Source: Octopus vulgaris (lineage: Eukaryota). From it: DNA of 64,000 bases. The position numbers and the translations under genes were made by a program. Every line of letters starts with the position of its first letter. Within the stretch, counting starts at the first letter, position 1. The notes below the pieces were generated by a model. That model ran no database searches, was not told the DNA's origin, and saw only the letters and a list, made by a program, of their open reading frames with translations. Positions 13,840-26,029 of the stretch are shown here, in pieces. The stretch covers positions 55,428,001 to 55,492,000 of the forward strand of contig OX597826.1 in the NCBI GenBank assembly GCA_951406725.2. Reading direction: 5' to 3'.

Positions 13840-14185
13840 TCTCTCTCTGCTTCATCTGACTGCCTCCTCTCTCTCTCTCTCTGCCCCCCTCTCCCCCTTC
13901 TCTCTCTCCCTCCTCTTCTCTCTCCCACCTCTCTCTCCCTCCTCACTCTCCTTCCTCTCTGTGCGTCCTCTCTCTCCCTCCTCTCTCTCCCTCATTTCTT
14001 TCTCCCTCTTCTCTCTCTCCCTCCTCTCTCTCGCCCTCCTCTCTTTCTGTACCTCTCTTTAACCTCATCATCAGAACATCACACCTCACGTCATGGACGC
14101 TTCTCTCTCCCGCTTTTTCTCTCACCGTCTTTTCTCTCTCCTTCTTTTCTTTTTCCTTCTCTTCTCTCTCCCTCTTTTTCTCTAA
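13735..14185. repeat. (CCA)n plus degenerate (CT)n polypyrimidine tract
   Basis: Direct observation. Confidence 0.9.
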
Positions 14186-14356
14186 TCACGGGAAATCGTT
14201 ACTGCCGGGCTAAGTAACGCTATGACAAGCAGAACTATTATACGATTAGAAGTCTGTTATTATTGTTACTGCTGTTACCATTTATTAGTATTGCCATTGT
14301 TGTTGTTGTTTTCGTTGTTGTTGTGAGTCAGGCTACCAATCATTTTATCGTAATAT

Positions 14357-14490
14357 TACGAGGTCGACTTTGCCTTTTATCCTTTCGAGGTCGATAAATT
14401 AAGTACCAGTTACGCACTGGGGTTGATGTAATCGACTTAATCCGTTTGTCCCCTCTATATTTAGCCCCTTGTGGGCAATAAATACATAAG
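14357..14490 (+). mobile_element. SINE family C, 3' half
   Basis: GAGGTCGACTTTGCCTTTTATCCTTTCGAGGTCGATAAATTAAGTACCAG...TGTGGGCAATAAA, matching the 49757 copy. Confidence 0.85.
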
Positions 14491-14630
14491 ACTGGCCCTT
14501 TGAACTACAGGTATAACACTTTTAAACCAGCTAATTGGCATAAATGTGAGCAGCGTGAAATAAGGTGTCTTGCTCAAGGACACTACGCGTCGCTGGGAAT
14601 CGAACTTGGGGTTTTACGACCATGATCCGA
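14490..14630 (-). mobile_element. Degenerate tRNA-SINE fragment, family D-like
   Basis: GTGTCTTGCTCAAGGACAC and GGGAATCGAAC (reverse-complement B box). Confidence 0.6.
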
Positions 14631-14899
14631 CGCTCCTTCACAATGTAGTTCTATTTCCATTCTATCTTAATCAAAGATAAGATGGCCGCAAACGGCAGAT
14701 CAAATAAGGTTCCGATTAAATAGAACTTGAACGAGCGGACATTTGATCTAAAATCTCAGTTAAATCCTAAGGTTAATTCAGGCGTCGTACACACCAATTC
14801 TGATCTGAGACCACAGCAGTTGACTGTTACCCAGAAGGGTGTAAGACAAATTAATCGTGGAGGGATTTTGTTGTGTCGCACGTTCGGATGCCTCTACTT

Positions 14900-15270
14900 C
14901 TCTGCTCTTCTTTTTTCACACCCTTTTTGCTCCTTCTTTGCTCTCCTTTTTGCTCTCCTTTTTTGCTCTCCCTTTTCTCTTTCTTCTCTCCTTTTTTGCT
15001 CTCCTTTTTGCTCTCCTTTTTGCTCTCCTTTTTTGCCCTCCTTTTTTCTCTCGCTTTTTTCTCTCCCTTCTCCTCTTTTTTGCTCTCCTTTTTCTCTCCC
15101 TTTCTTCTCTCCTTTTCTCTCCTTTCTTCTCTCCTTTTGCTCTCCTTTTTGCCCTCCTTTTTTCTCTCCCTTTTCTCTTCTTTTTTACTCTCCTTTTTTC
15201 TCACCTTTTCTTCTCTCCTTCTTTTCTCTCCTTTTTTTGCTTTCCTTTTTCTCTCCTTTTTTGCTCTCCT
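14900..15270. repeat. Degenerate TTTTGCTCTCC minisatellite
   Basis: Many variant units of about 11 nt; same motif as 19420-20080. Confidence 0.85.
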
Positions 15271-15906
15271 ACTACTCCAACTCGACTCTTCACAGCTGTG
15301 CTCTACTGTTCTAGTCCATTGACTGCTAGTCTTCTCCCTCTATATCTACGTATTGGGCTAGCCTACTTCATCGTCAGGGGGCGTCCACACAACATATTTT
15401 AAATCAGAACGTTAAAAGCCGGAAGAATAACCGTATTTTTTGCAACACTACAAACATTTTGACGACTCATCGCCATTCGTGGGATTGAAAAACAACAACA
15501 GGTGATATACCAGATAATCCCACCTTCAACTGACTCATTCTGTCTCTTCGTTAATATTCGAGAACAATATAGCAACTTCCCGTCACACCCCTGATATGTT
15601 ATGGACAATGGTTGTAGTAACACACATAATATAATGCATTCAGCTTAGTAAATATATGACCATCAGCATGACATTGCCCTTCTTATTTTTCTATATCTGC
15701 CCTTCAGTATCACACTAGTCAATGTTGGCAATCGAGACTCATGAATAAAGCAATACTCTTATTGTTTGTAACAGTGACTGACCTTTACCAACATAAAATT
15801 ATTTACCACTAGGATCACTTACATCATGCAAGGGGAGTGAGAGAAAGAGAGCAATGAAAATGGAAAGAGAGAGAGAGAGATCCTCCACATGTAATATGTT
15901 ATGTAG

Positions 15907-15962
<56 letters not shown>

Positions 15963-17715
15963 TTCTACTTTCCAGGCTACCTATATTTTATGGAAGGGAA
16001 AGACCTCATCAGCTTGACGCAAGAGCTTGTAGGTCCGCATCAGTTTGACGCCAGTATCTTCGCGAGCTTTGTTGTTGGTATTTACAGATCCCGAACAAAT
16101 CCCACACTTACGAACCCAACAATCCATTTCCCTGAGTTAGAACATTTTTCTTGACACCGAACGGATAAAATGTAAAGCTGGCCACAACGGGACTTGAAAT
16201 CAGAGCTCAGTGCAAGTAATGACAACAAGTGTGTACAAGACATTTTATTCAACGATCTAACAATTCTGCCAAATTCACCGCCTTTGGTTATGCCTTTGGT
16301 TCCCTGCAGCCCAGCTTCAACAGAATCATAATCAAAGATGATCGAAAGTGACTTTTTCACAAATTTAATAAACAGATGAGAGTTTGGTTGTTATTTCTGT
16401 GGAGTGAGTGACCAGGTAAAGGCTGTCTCATCAGCTCATTCGTCTGGCAGGTAGAATTCCTCTCTTTTATTTAAGAAACAAACAAAACAGAATCTTTTAA
16501 TCAATATCGTTGTAAGCTATAGCAACTTTGATCAGCTCAATAATACTGATCTTGCTACCATGAACCAGTAGTTTTCTTTAGGGTCTTACTTGTCTACAGA
16601 CTGAACGTATAGCCCCAGGGTTTTGCTCTAGTTAAAGTTTAACCCCATATCATTTCTGATCAAGGAAATACATGATCAAAAGCGTCCAGCCGTAAACATC
16701 GCCTTTATTTTTCTTACACACAAATTACATCTAGGTTCAGATTCCTCAAAGTGTACTTCCGTTTTTTTCTTTAAGGCAGGAGCCGTTGGCGATGAACAAT
16801 AGCAAGGGACATTTGGCTGCCAAAATTTTTGTAGATCAAATGACTTGCAGATAGAGACTCCATTGTATTGCTGTCCCCCCGATTTGAACCATCAAACACT
16901 AGCCTGCTTGTCTGCTGCATTATCAATCACTTAACCATCCACGCCCTCTAGTGTACCTGAACAATACACAAAAGACCACAGATATTCTCTGTCTCTCTGC
17001 CAATTTGTCTTTCTGTCCATCTGCCTGTCACTTTGATTCTCTGCCTATGTCTGTCTGTCTGTCTGTCTATCTGTCTGTCTATATCTCTGTCTCTCCTTTT
17101 TTCTCTCTCCCCTTCTCTTTCTCTCTCTTCATCTAACAGTGAGAAATAAGACAGCACAGCTTTCATTTGCTTACTGAGTTCGAGTAGATATTCATAAATT
17201 TAGACCAAATGTGACAGGCCCACAAAAGAAAACGTTATTTATAACTGGGCCTAATATATTGCCGTTGTCAGCATTCCTATATATATACCCCGAAATAGGA
17301 AGGAATTTCACGAGCATAACAACTAAATCTGAAGACCTAAAATGAAAAATGGAATCTATTCTGTCGAATTTCTTAGGTTATAACATCGTTTACAAGAATA
17401 TTAACGACACCCTGTGCATGAGATATATTTGCATATGAACTGCTGTTCACTTGCCGTGTAAGTGGCAATCGAACCACTGACAGCACTTATTCCACAATTG
17501 TATAAGTCATTTGTCATGTGACAGAAGCCATGTTGTTGGCGTTGTTGTTGTAGTGGAGCTAACCACAGGTCATCTCTGATGTAGGAGAATTATGATCAAA
17601 GATATTTCAACAATGGCCATCATGTCCATTATTAATTGTCTCTTTTTTATTCGGACACCACAGTGTACGAGAGACCGCGTTGACTAGTCTGACCAACTAG
17701 TATCTTTTCATTCTG

Positions 17716-17773
<58 letters not shown>

Positions 17774-18237
17774 TACTTTTCTTTCTTTCTTTCGTTCTTT
17801 CCTTCTCTCTGTTTCTCTCTCTCTCCCTTTTCTTTTTTGTCGAGATTCCATGCAGTGATTTATTGAGATATGGTTGCTATTTCTAGTAGGTCGAACAATC
17901 ATTAACAGGCTTTTCCGTTGTCTTGTATGTATGTTACAGAATCATTGTTGTTGTTGTTGTTCTTACTGACAATGCAAGAAATATGTTCTGATGCACTGAA
18001 CCTCAAAGTAATTCTAGCCGTAGCCATCCCACACCTTTTTCAAGCAGGAATTACATCTAATGTATCTTAAGCACAGTAATACCGTGATCCAGGTTTGGGA
18101 TCTCTTTCAAACCAAATAACTAACCAACAGAAGCTACCAAATTTTACCATTGGTCCCTATATTGTGGTGGTGTCTGTGATAACATACGTACAAGCATACG
18201 TGCATAAATTCACACATAAAACACACACATACATACA

Positions 18238-18268
<31 letters not shown>

Positions 18269-18331
18269 GTATATGTCTATAATTTTATATACGTACATGT
18301 GTATAAATATATATATGTGTGTGTGTAGGGA

Positions 18332-18620
18332 AGGCGCATGGCTCAGTGGTTAGAGTCTTGTACTCTCGATTGCGAGATCATGGGTTCGATGTCCTCGACA
18401 GAGCATTGCATTTTGTTCTTGAGCAAAGCACTCCATTTCACGATCATTTCGTCATCTGACATGTGGCACCCATTTGCACCTGTACAGGTAATGTCGATTT
18501 GATGTAGGGAATGAGCTTATGTTTACACAAACATTTGATCACTATAAACGCATGATCTGTGTGGTTGTTCGGTAAGTAATTGTCGAACTCTCATATGTCG
18601 TCTAACGACGGGAGAGTCCG
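18332..18620 (+). mobile_element. tRNA-derived SINE, family D
   Basis: GGCGCATGGCTCAGTGGTTAGAG A box, GGTTCGAT B box, TTCTTGAGCAAAGCAC; homologous to 52545-52742. Confidence 0.75.
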
Positions 18621-18633
18621 TCATATGTACAGT

Positions 18634-18961
18634 CATGTTTCCGGGCTCAGTCCTACTAGGTGCCACTTTCGGCAAGTGTCTTCCACTATAGCCTTATGAA
18701 TAGATTTGGTAGACGGAAACTGGAAGAAGCCCATCGTGTATATATATAGTATGTTTTAGTATATGACCTCGTCTGTATCACTAGCGATTTTTTCCCTCTG
18801 TCTTCCCTTCTCGGGATCTTTCCTTCTCCTATGTTTCCGACGAAGAGCTCCGCTCGAAACGTCAAACCCTTCTTCTTCCCTTCTTTCCTGAGCGTCCAAT
18901 AATACTTTATTTGTTCCACGTCCTTGCGTTGTTGTCTTTTTGTTTTCTTGTTTGGATAAAG

Positions 18962-19013
<52 letters not shown>

Positions 19014-19240
19014 TGTATTTATGCGTGTGTTTTTGTGTCTGCATCTGTCAATCCCTCCACTACATAATAACCGGTGTTAGTGCGTATCTCTTCCCGTAAC
19101 TTAGAAGTTCGGCAAAAGACAACGATAGAATAAGTACTAGGCTTAAAATATCAGTACTGCGGTCGATTCTTTCGACTAAAATTCGAAGGCGGAGCCCCAG
19201 CATGGGCGCAATATAAATGACTGAAACAAGTAAAAAAAAA
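18634..19240 (+). mobile_element. SINE family A interrupted by a PLE-terminus-like insert
   Basis: 5' half at 18634-18740, 3' half at about 19020-19240; insert between them at the internal (TA)n. Confidence 0.8.
18752..18960 (+). mobile_element. Penelope-like terminal-repeat remnant with a degenerate minimal hammerhead motif (18833-18867)
   Basis: GUUU-CCGACGAA-GAGC(UCC)GCUC-GAAA-CG-UC-AAAC; flanked by (TA)n. Confidence 0.6.
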
Positions 19241-19261
19241 TGCGTATATGTTACTATGCAT

Positions 19262-19420
19262 AGTGGAGGTGCAATGGCCCTGTGGTTAGAGCAGCGGTCT
19301 TGCGGTCGTAAGATCGCCGTTTCGATCCCCAAACTGGGCGTGGGTCCAGCAGGGGATGGTGGCAAACCCTGCTGTACCACAACTTTCTCTCACTCTATCT
19401 TCCTGTTTCTGTTGTACCTG
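19262..19420 (+). mobile_element. SINE family B, internally deleted
   Basis: GTGGAGGTGCAATGGCCCTGTGGTTAGAGCAGCGG head matches the 6614-6920 copy. Confidence 0.8.
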
Positions 19421-20082
19421 TTTTGCTCTCCTTTTGCTCTCCTTTTTTTCTCGCCTTTCTTGCTCTCATTTTTTTCTATCCTTTCTTGCTTTTCGGCTCT
19501 CCTTTTTTGCTCTCATTGTTTCTTTCCTTTCTTGCTCTTTTGCTCTCCTTTGCTCTCCATCTTTGCTCTCCTTTTTTGCTCTCCTTCCTTTTTGTCGCCA
19601 TTTTGCTCTCCTTGTTTGCTCTCTTTTTTGCTCTCCTTATTTGCTCTCCTTTTTTGCTCTTACTTTTTTCTCTCCTTTCTTGCTCTCCTTTGCTCTCATT
19701 TTTTCTCCTTTTTTGCTCCTTCTTTGCTCTCCTTTTTATGCTCTCGTTTTTGCTCTTTTTCTCTCCTTTTTCTCCCTTGCTCTCCATTTTTGCTCTCCCT
19801 TTTTGCTCTCCTTTTTTCTCCTTTCTTGCTCTCTTTTTTTACTCTACTATTTTGTCTCCTTCTTTGCTCTCCTTATTTTGGCTCTCCTTTTTTGTTCTCC
19901 AATTTTTGCTCTCCTTTTCCCTCCTTTCTTGCTCTCTTTTTCTGCTCTCCTTTTTCTGCTCTCCTCTTTGCTCTCATTTTTAGCTCCCTCTTTGCTCTCC
20001 TTTTCTTGCTCCCCTGTTTTTGCTCCCTCTTTACTCTGCTTTTTTGCTCTCCATTTTTTTGCTCTCCTTCTTTGCTCTTCTT
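19420..20082. repeat. Degenerate TTTTGCTCTCC minisatellite
   Basis: About 660 bp of variant 11-mers; source of the F/L/S/C-rich ORFs. Confidence 0.9.
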
Positions 20083-20807
20083 ATCTGTGTGTGTTGTGTG
20101 TGTGTGTGTGTGTGCGTAAATGGATATATACACTCATGTACATGTTGGTATGTATACACTTAAGCACGTACAAACACATGCACAAGTACTCCACATGCTT
20201 GTGTATCTTTCAAAGAAGAAATAGAAGAGTTGGAGGGAGAGAGAGAGAGAGGGAGCGAGAGAGAGAGAGGGAGGGAGAGAGAGAGAGAGAGAGAAAGACT
20301 GCGTATGTTTGTGTATATCTCTGTGTTTCTGGTTGTGTGTTTGCGTGTGTGTGTGTGTGAGTTTCGGTTTGAGTTTGTGTGTGTGTGTGTGATAACGATC
20401 TAAAATAGGAAGACATCCAGAAGTGTAGTTAGTGAATGAGAATGAGGAGGAACAAGTGTGTGTATGGGTGTGTGTGCGTGTATATCTGACCGTGTTGAGG
20501 AGAGGAGATAGAAGAGAGGGAGAGAGAGAAAGAAAGAGCAGGAGAAATGAGAGAGAAACAGGGACGTATTAGTGGCATGAGAAGATGAAATACTGTAAGA
20601 ATAGAGAACATGTGTGAGCAATTCATAAAGGAAGGAGAGATGATTTGGGATAACGAGAGAGATAGAGTGACGCAGAGAGAATGAAAGAATGAGAGACTGA
20701 CAGACAGACAGACAGAGGAAGAGAGAGAGAGAGATGAGTTTTGTAGGTGGATCAAGAAAACGGATTTTGTCTATGAGAGAATGAAAGACATTAGGAGAGT
20801 GAGAAAT

Positions 20808-21017
20808 ATGGTGGAGGTGGTGGTGGTGTTGGTGGTGTTGGTGATGGTGTTGTTGTTGGTGGTGGTGGTGGTGGTGGTGGTGGTGGTGGTGGTGGTGGTG
20901 GTGGTGGTGGTGGTGGTGGTGGTGGTGGTGGTGGTGGTGGTGGTGGTGGTGGTGGTGGTGGTGGTGGTGGTGGTGGTGGTGGTGGTGGTGGTGGTGTTGG
21001 TGGTGGTGTTGGTGTTG

Positions 21018-21049
<32 letters not shown>

Positions 21050-21148
21050 GGTGGTGGTGGTGGTGGTGGTGGTGGTGGTGGTGGTGGTGGTGGTGGTGGT
21101 GGTGGTGGTGGTGGTGGTGGTGGTGGTGGTGGTGGTGGTGGTGGTGTT
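20808..21148. repeat. (GGT)n microsatellite, about 340 bp
   Basis: Direct observation; source of the poly-V and poly-H ORFs. Confidence 0.97.
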
Positions 21149-21489
21149 GGGAGCTAATTAATAAACAATGTGTTTGTATGTTTGAGGGAATGTCTATTGT
21201 ATTATGGAGAGGCATAAAACGAATGTGATTTCGTGTTTGATAGCGGGAGACAGCAGGAGAGAATGTGAAGGAATAAGTGAGAGAATATGAATGTTGAAGA
21301 GACTCGGAGCAAAGAGTACGGATGGTGGTGTATGAGATGTAGAGACGTAAAGAGGGAGGGGGGAGAGAGGGAGGGAATGATGTAGATGAGTGAGAAAGAG
21401 TTTGTATGTTAAAATAAACGAGAGGAAGGAGATGACAGGTTAACAAAGAGAGAATGCGTATTTGTGTGGGGAGAGGACAGAGAAAGTTA

Positions 21490-21732
21490 GAGAGAGAGAG
21501 ACAAAGAGACAGAGACAGAGAGTGAGAGAGATACAGACACAGAGAAAGAGAAAGAGAGAGAGAGAGAGAGAGGCAGAGAAATAGCGACTGAGATACAAAT
21601 AGAGACACACAGAGAGACATAGATAGGGAGAGAGAGAGACAGACAGACAGACAGATAGAGAGACAGACAGACAGATAGAGAAAGAGAGAGAAGCAGTGAA
21701 ATAGTGACTGAGACACACACAGAGACATAGAT

Positions 21733-21764
<32 letters not shown>

Positions 21765-22166
21765 GCAGAGGAAGAGAGAGAGAGAGGCAGAGAAATAGCG
21801 ACTGAGATCCAAATAGAGACACACAGAGAGACATAGATAGGGAGAGAGAGAGAGAGAGAAAGAGAGACAGACATACAGACAGATAGAGAAAGAGAGAGAG
21901 AAGCAGTGAAATAGTGACTGAGACACACACAGAGACATAGATAGGGAGAGAGACAGACAGAGAGAGAGAGAAAGAGAGAGAGAGGCAGAGAAAGAGAGAG
22001 AGAGAGGCAGAGAAATAGCGACTGAGACACACATAGAGACACACAGAGAGACATAGATAGGGATAGAGAGAGAGAGAGACAGACAGACAGATAGATAGAG
22101 AAAGAGAGAGAGAAGCAGTGAAATAGTGACTGAGACACACACAGAGAGATAGATAGGGAGAGAGAC

Positions 22167-22200
<34 letters not shown>

Positions 22201-22347
22201 GCAGAGAAAGAGAGAGAGGCAGAGAAAGAGAGAGAGGCAGAGAAAGAGTGAGAGGCAGAGAAAGAGAGAGAGGCAGAGAAAGAGAGATAGATAGGCAGAG
22301 AAATAGCGACTGAGACACACATAGAGACACACAGAGACATATATAGG

Positions 22348-22389
<42 letters not shown>

Positions 22390-22495
22390 TAGATAGAGAA
22401 AGAGAGAGAGAGGCAGAGAAATAGGGACTGAGAGAGACACACAGACAGATACAGAGAGAGACAGAGAGGGAGAGGGAGAGAGAGAAACAGACAGA
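21490..22495. repeat. Higher-order GA-rich minisatellite
   Basis: Alternating GAAATAGCGACTGAGA and GAAATAGTGACTGAGA anchors, eight in total, embedded in (GA)n/(GACA)n. Confidence 0.9.
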
Positions 22496-23235
22496 ATGGA
22501 TATTGTATACGAAGGAGAGAAGCAGAATTTTTGTAAGGGAAAGATGCGAGGGATGTAGAGAGAAAAGGAATGATGGTTTTTGGGTGATGAAGAAAGAGTA
22601 TTGGTAGGTAAGGGAGGAAGTGGGGGGGCGGGGTGGAGGAGAAAAGATATTGAATATGAATGAGCGGGAAAAAGAAAAGAGAGTAGATAGTAAATAAGAA
22701 ACAAAGAGAGAGAGAGAGAGAGAGAGAGAAGGGAAATGAGTGTGGGTGAGAAAGGGAGTGTGGGAGGTGCGGGTGGTGGGAAGAGGATTCAAAGAGCTTA
22801 CTGAATCGTAAAGCCAAAGAATGAAGAACTGAAGAAATTAATGAAGAACAAAGGGAAGTAAATAATTAATTTATAAATAATGATTTTTACAAATTTCATT
22901 ATTTGCCTCAAGGGCAACAAAGTCACAGATATTACAATACACTACTACATATAATTTTTTTTATTTTTCTTCTTTTTAAACAATACTCTTACAATACAGA
23001 GTGAAGAATCATTAGGTCGAATTATGAATGTATAAATATGTGCTTGTGTGTATGTGTGTGTATGTACGTATGTGTCTGTGTGTTTGTATATGTGTGTATG
23101 TGTACGTATGTGCGTATGTATGTCTGTGCCTGTGAGTTTGTGTATGTGCGTATGTCTGTGCATGAGTATATGTATCTGTGTGTCGGAGTCAGTATGTGCA
23201 CGTGTGTGTGCATGTGTGTGTGTGCGTGTATGTGT

Positions 23236-23285
<50 letters not shown>

Positions 23286-23316
23286 GTATGCATATACGTC
23301 TATATATCTTCACATG

Positions 23317-23504
23317 AATACCTTGCTTTTATTTGGCTTGAAAATATGGGGCAAAGAATAAGGCTTACCCTTCAAGCCATGTGGAAGCAACTACTTTTGT
23401 GGATGCCCTTGGGCACTGGGAGAATGGCCAACACAAATGGAGGCATGACAAGATCCTTTTAAAAATTGCCAAGTGGAAAACCAGGCAACACCACCGCCGC
23501 CGCC

Positions 23505-23536
<32 letters not shown>

Positions 23537-23900
23537 CAACACTACCATCATCACCGCAACCATCACCGGAAAGGGTCAGATTTCTAAGGGAAGGTGGTAA
23601 TGTTCCGAAGATGAAAGCCAAGGCAAAGAGATCCGTTTTGTATTTCGCATCCAGCTTGAGACTGGAGAAACTGAAGAGTCACTTGTCTTTCCAGAGGAGG
23701 TATCAGTAACATCAATCCGATCAACTTGCTCTTGCTCTTCTGGAGTACAAACACAGTCACCATGGCCGACATGGGGTGGACAGATTTGATATTTGTCATT
23801 AGCTAAAGAAAAAATCTAAAATAAGAACTTGGTTGATGAGGTCCTTGTCAGGAGATGGAACACGCTCTTATTCCCTTTTGATATCGAGTGTCATGGTTTA
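23317..23900 (+). mobile_element. Decayed HERO/R2-type RLE non-LTR retrotransposon C-terminus
   Basis: LKIWGKE, NGQHKWRHDKILLKIAKW, VRFLREG, LSFPEEVSVTSIR and NLVDEVLVRRWNTLLFPFDIECHG resemble the GRYRWRHD...FP..I..T.LRPD...PIEVGCRG pattern of this group; internal (CCA/CAA)n expansion. Confidence 0.65.
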
Positions 23901-23907
23901 TCTGTTA

Positions 23908-24010
23908 GATAATAATCCTGGGGTCTATTTGCTCGATTAAAGGTGGTGCTCCAGCATGGCCACAGTCAAATGATTGAAACAAGTAAAAGAGTAAAAGAGT
24001 AAAAAGAGTA
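23908..24010 (+). mobile_element. SINE family A 3' fragment
   Basis: GGTGCTCCAGCATGGCCACAGTCAAATGA...(AAAAGAGT)n tail. Confidence 0.85.
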
Positions 24011-24016
24011 TATATA

Positions 24017-24432
24017 GGCGCAGGAGTGGCTGTGTGGTAAGTAGCTTGTTTACCAACCACATGGTTTCCGGGTTCAGTCCCACTGCGTGGCACCTTGGGC
24101 AAGTGTCTTCTACTATAGCCTCGGGCCAACCAAAACCTTGTGAATGGATTTGGTAGACGGAAACTGAAAGAAGCCTGTCGTATATATGTATATATATATA
24201 TATGCGTGTGTGTGTTTGTGTGTTTGTGTGTCTGTGTTTATCCCCTTAGCATTGCTTGACAACCGATGCTGGTGTGTTTATGTCTTCCGTTACTTAGCGG
24301 TTCGGCAAAAGAGACCGATAGAATAAGTACTGGGCTTACAAAAGAATAAGTCCGCGGGTGGAGTTGCTCGATTAAAGGTGGTGCTCCAGCATGGCCGCAG
24401 TCAAATGACTGAAACAAGTAAAAGAGTAAAAT
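24017..24432 (+). mobile_element. SINE family A, full length
   Basis: GGCGCAGGAGTGGCTGTGTGG head, internal (TA)(TG), tail GTAAAAGAGTAAA. Confidence 0.93.
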
Positions 24433-24433
24433 A

Positions 24434-24473
<40 letters not shown>

Positions 24474-25023
24474 AACAGAATTAAATACCATATTCACAAT
24501 ATGGTGAACAGCAAGAAGTTCAAATTTTGATGCAGCATTATCCTGAAGATGAACGTGTGGAGGTAAAGGAAACGTTGTTATTGCATTTAGGAAGTTTACT
24601 AGAAGGAGTAATAGTAATGGAAGATATGAAAATCGCTTCATCTTCATTAAAATATGCGAGCGCAAGCGAATATAAATATCGTATACGAATGAGTCAAGAA
24701 GGACATTGAATCACTGCTACAAATACGCATGCATATACATACATTCATGCATACGAAATACATAGATACATACATACATATATATATATACGCATACACA
24801 CACTCACACACATAAATATATAAATAATATATACCTTATCAAAATATTACAGTTAGAAGCTATTAACGGTACTGACAAAATATGTAAAATATTCGAGAAA
24901 TTTTACATGTAATAAGATAGACACAAGCAACGGCATTTATACCCACACCCGTGTGTGTCTGAGTACGTATGTGAGTGTATGTTTGTATGTATATGCAAAT
25001 ATATACATATATACATATATACA

Positions 25024-25188
25024 GGCGCAGGAGTGGCTGTGTGGTAAGTAGCTTACTAACCAACCACATGTTTCCGGGTTCAGTCCCACTGCGTGGCATC
25101 TTGGGCAAGTGTCTTCTGCTATAGCCCCGGGCCGACCAATGCCTTGTGAGTGGATTTGGTAGACGGAAACTGAAAGAAGCCTGTCGTA

Positions 25189-25247
<59 letters not shown>

Positions 25248-25455
25248 TTGTGTGTCTGTGCTTGTCCCCCTAGCATTGCTTGACAACCGATGCTGGTGTG
25301 TTTACGTCCCCGTCACTTAGCGGTTCGGCAAAAGAGACTGATAGAATAAGTACTGGGCTTACAAAGAATAAGTCCCGGGGTCGATTTGCTCGACTAAAGG
25401 CGGTGCTCCAGCATGGCCGCAGTCAAATGACTGGAACAAGTAAAAGAGTAAAAGG
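25024..25455 (+). mobile_element. SINE family A, full length
   Basis: Same structure; near-identical to the 9082 copy. Confidence 0.93.
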
Positions 25456-25456
25456 G

Positions 25457-25502
<46 letters not shown>

Positions 25503-25799
25503 TGCTTAGATGCTTCTGTACCTTCATACATACATCCATGTATGTATGCATAGATAGTCAGGGGATGTCCTTGTTTCTGAAAAGAAACCAGCTCTTTCTT
25601 CATGTCTGCAAAATTTGCAAAATAAAACTCCTGGGAAAAAAAAAATTTGTATATTCATACATTTCTTTTATTCTTTTACAGTTTCAGCCATTTTACTGCG
25701 ACCATACTGGAGCACAGTCTTGAAAACTACAATCGACCACGGGGGGGGAAACGTAACCGCGACTCAAGGATTACTCCTAAATTTGACCTGTCAAAGTCT

Positions 25800-25985
25800 G
25801 ATCCTCATTCGAAGCCTTTAATCTACAGTCAAGAAGCAGATAATACTCGCAATTTCGGCTGATCAATCTTGAGATTGCTCCAATCTGGCCAACCCCAAGG
25901 AAAAACTAAGCTAAGAGCATTAGATTCCTTGGAAAAAAAGCTTCGAATGTATACGAAACAAGGACGGAAAAACGGACGATGTTGC
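25800..25985. repeat. Unclassified interspersed repeat related to 7056-7220, with inverted CATTCGAAGC...GCTTCGAATG
   Basis: Shared blocks with the 7.1 kb segment; 10-bp inverted repeat about 130 bp apart. Confidence 0.5.
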
Positions 25986-26029
25986 ACATATGCACACACA
26001 CATGTGTGTGTGTATACATGCACACTCAT

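Noticed and set aside
15374-15594. CAGGGG...CCCCTG as hAT MITE ends
   Set aside because: Inverted match too short and no 8-bp TSD.
15990-16055. Minus-strand CUGAUGA and the repeated CATCAG.TTGACGC
   Set aside because: No downstream stem II/GAAA; only a 14-bp imperfect repeat.
19217-20360. 300/334-aa hydrophobic ORFs resembling membrane proteins
   Set aside because: Produced by the TTTTGCTCTCC satellite plus SINE sequence.
20400-22817. 805-aa ORF (and overlapping 450/405-aa ORFs) with poly-His
   Set aside because: Translation of the (GGT)n and GA satellites, which lack stops on this strand; no domain content.
24536-24588. CUGAAGA...GAAACGUU hammerhead-like spacing
   Set aside because: Stem II cannot pair and stem I has two mismatches; too weak to call.
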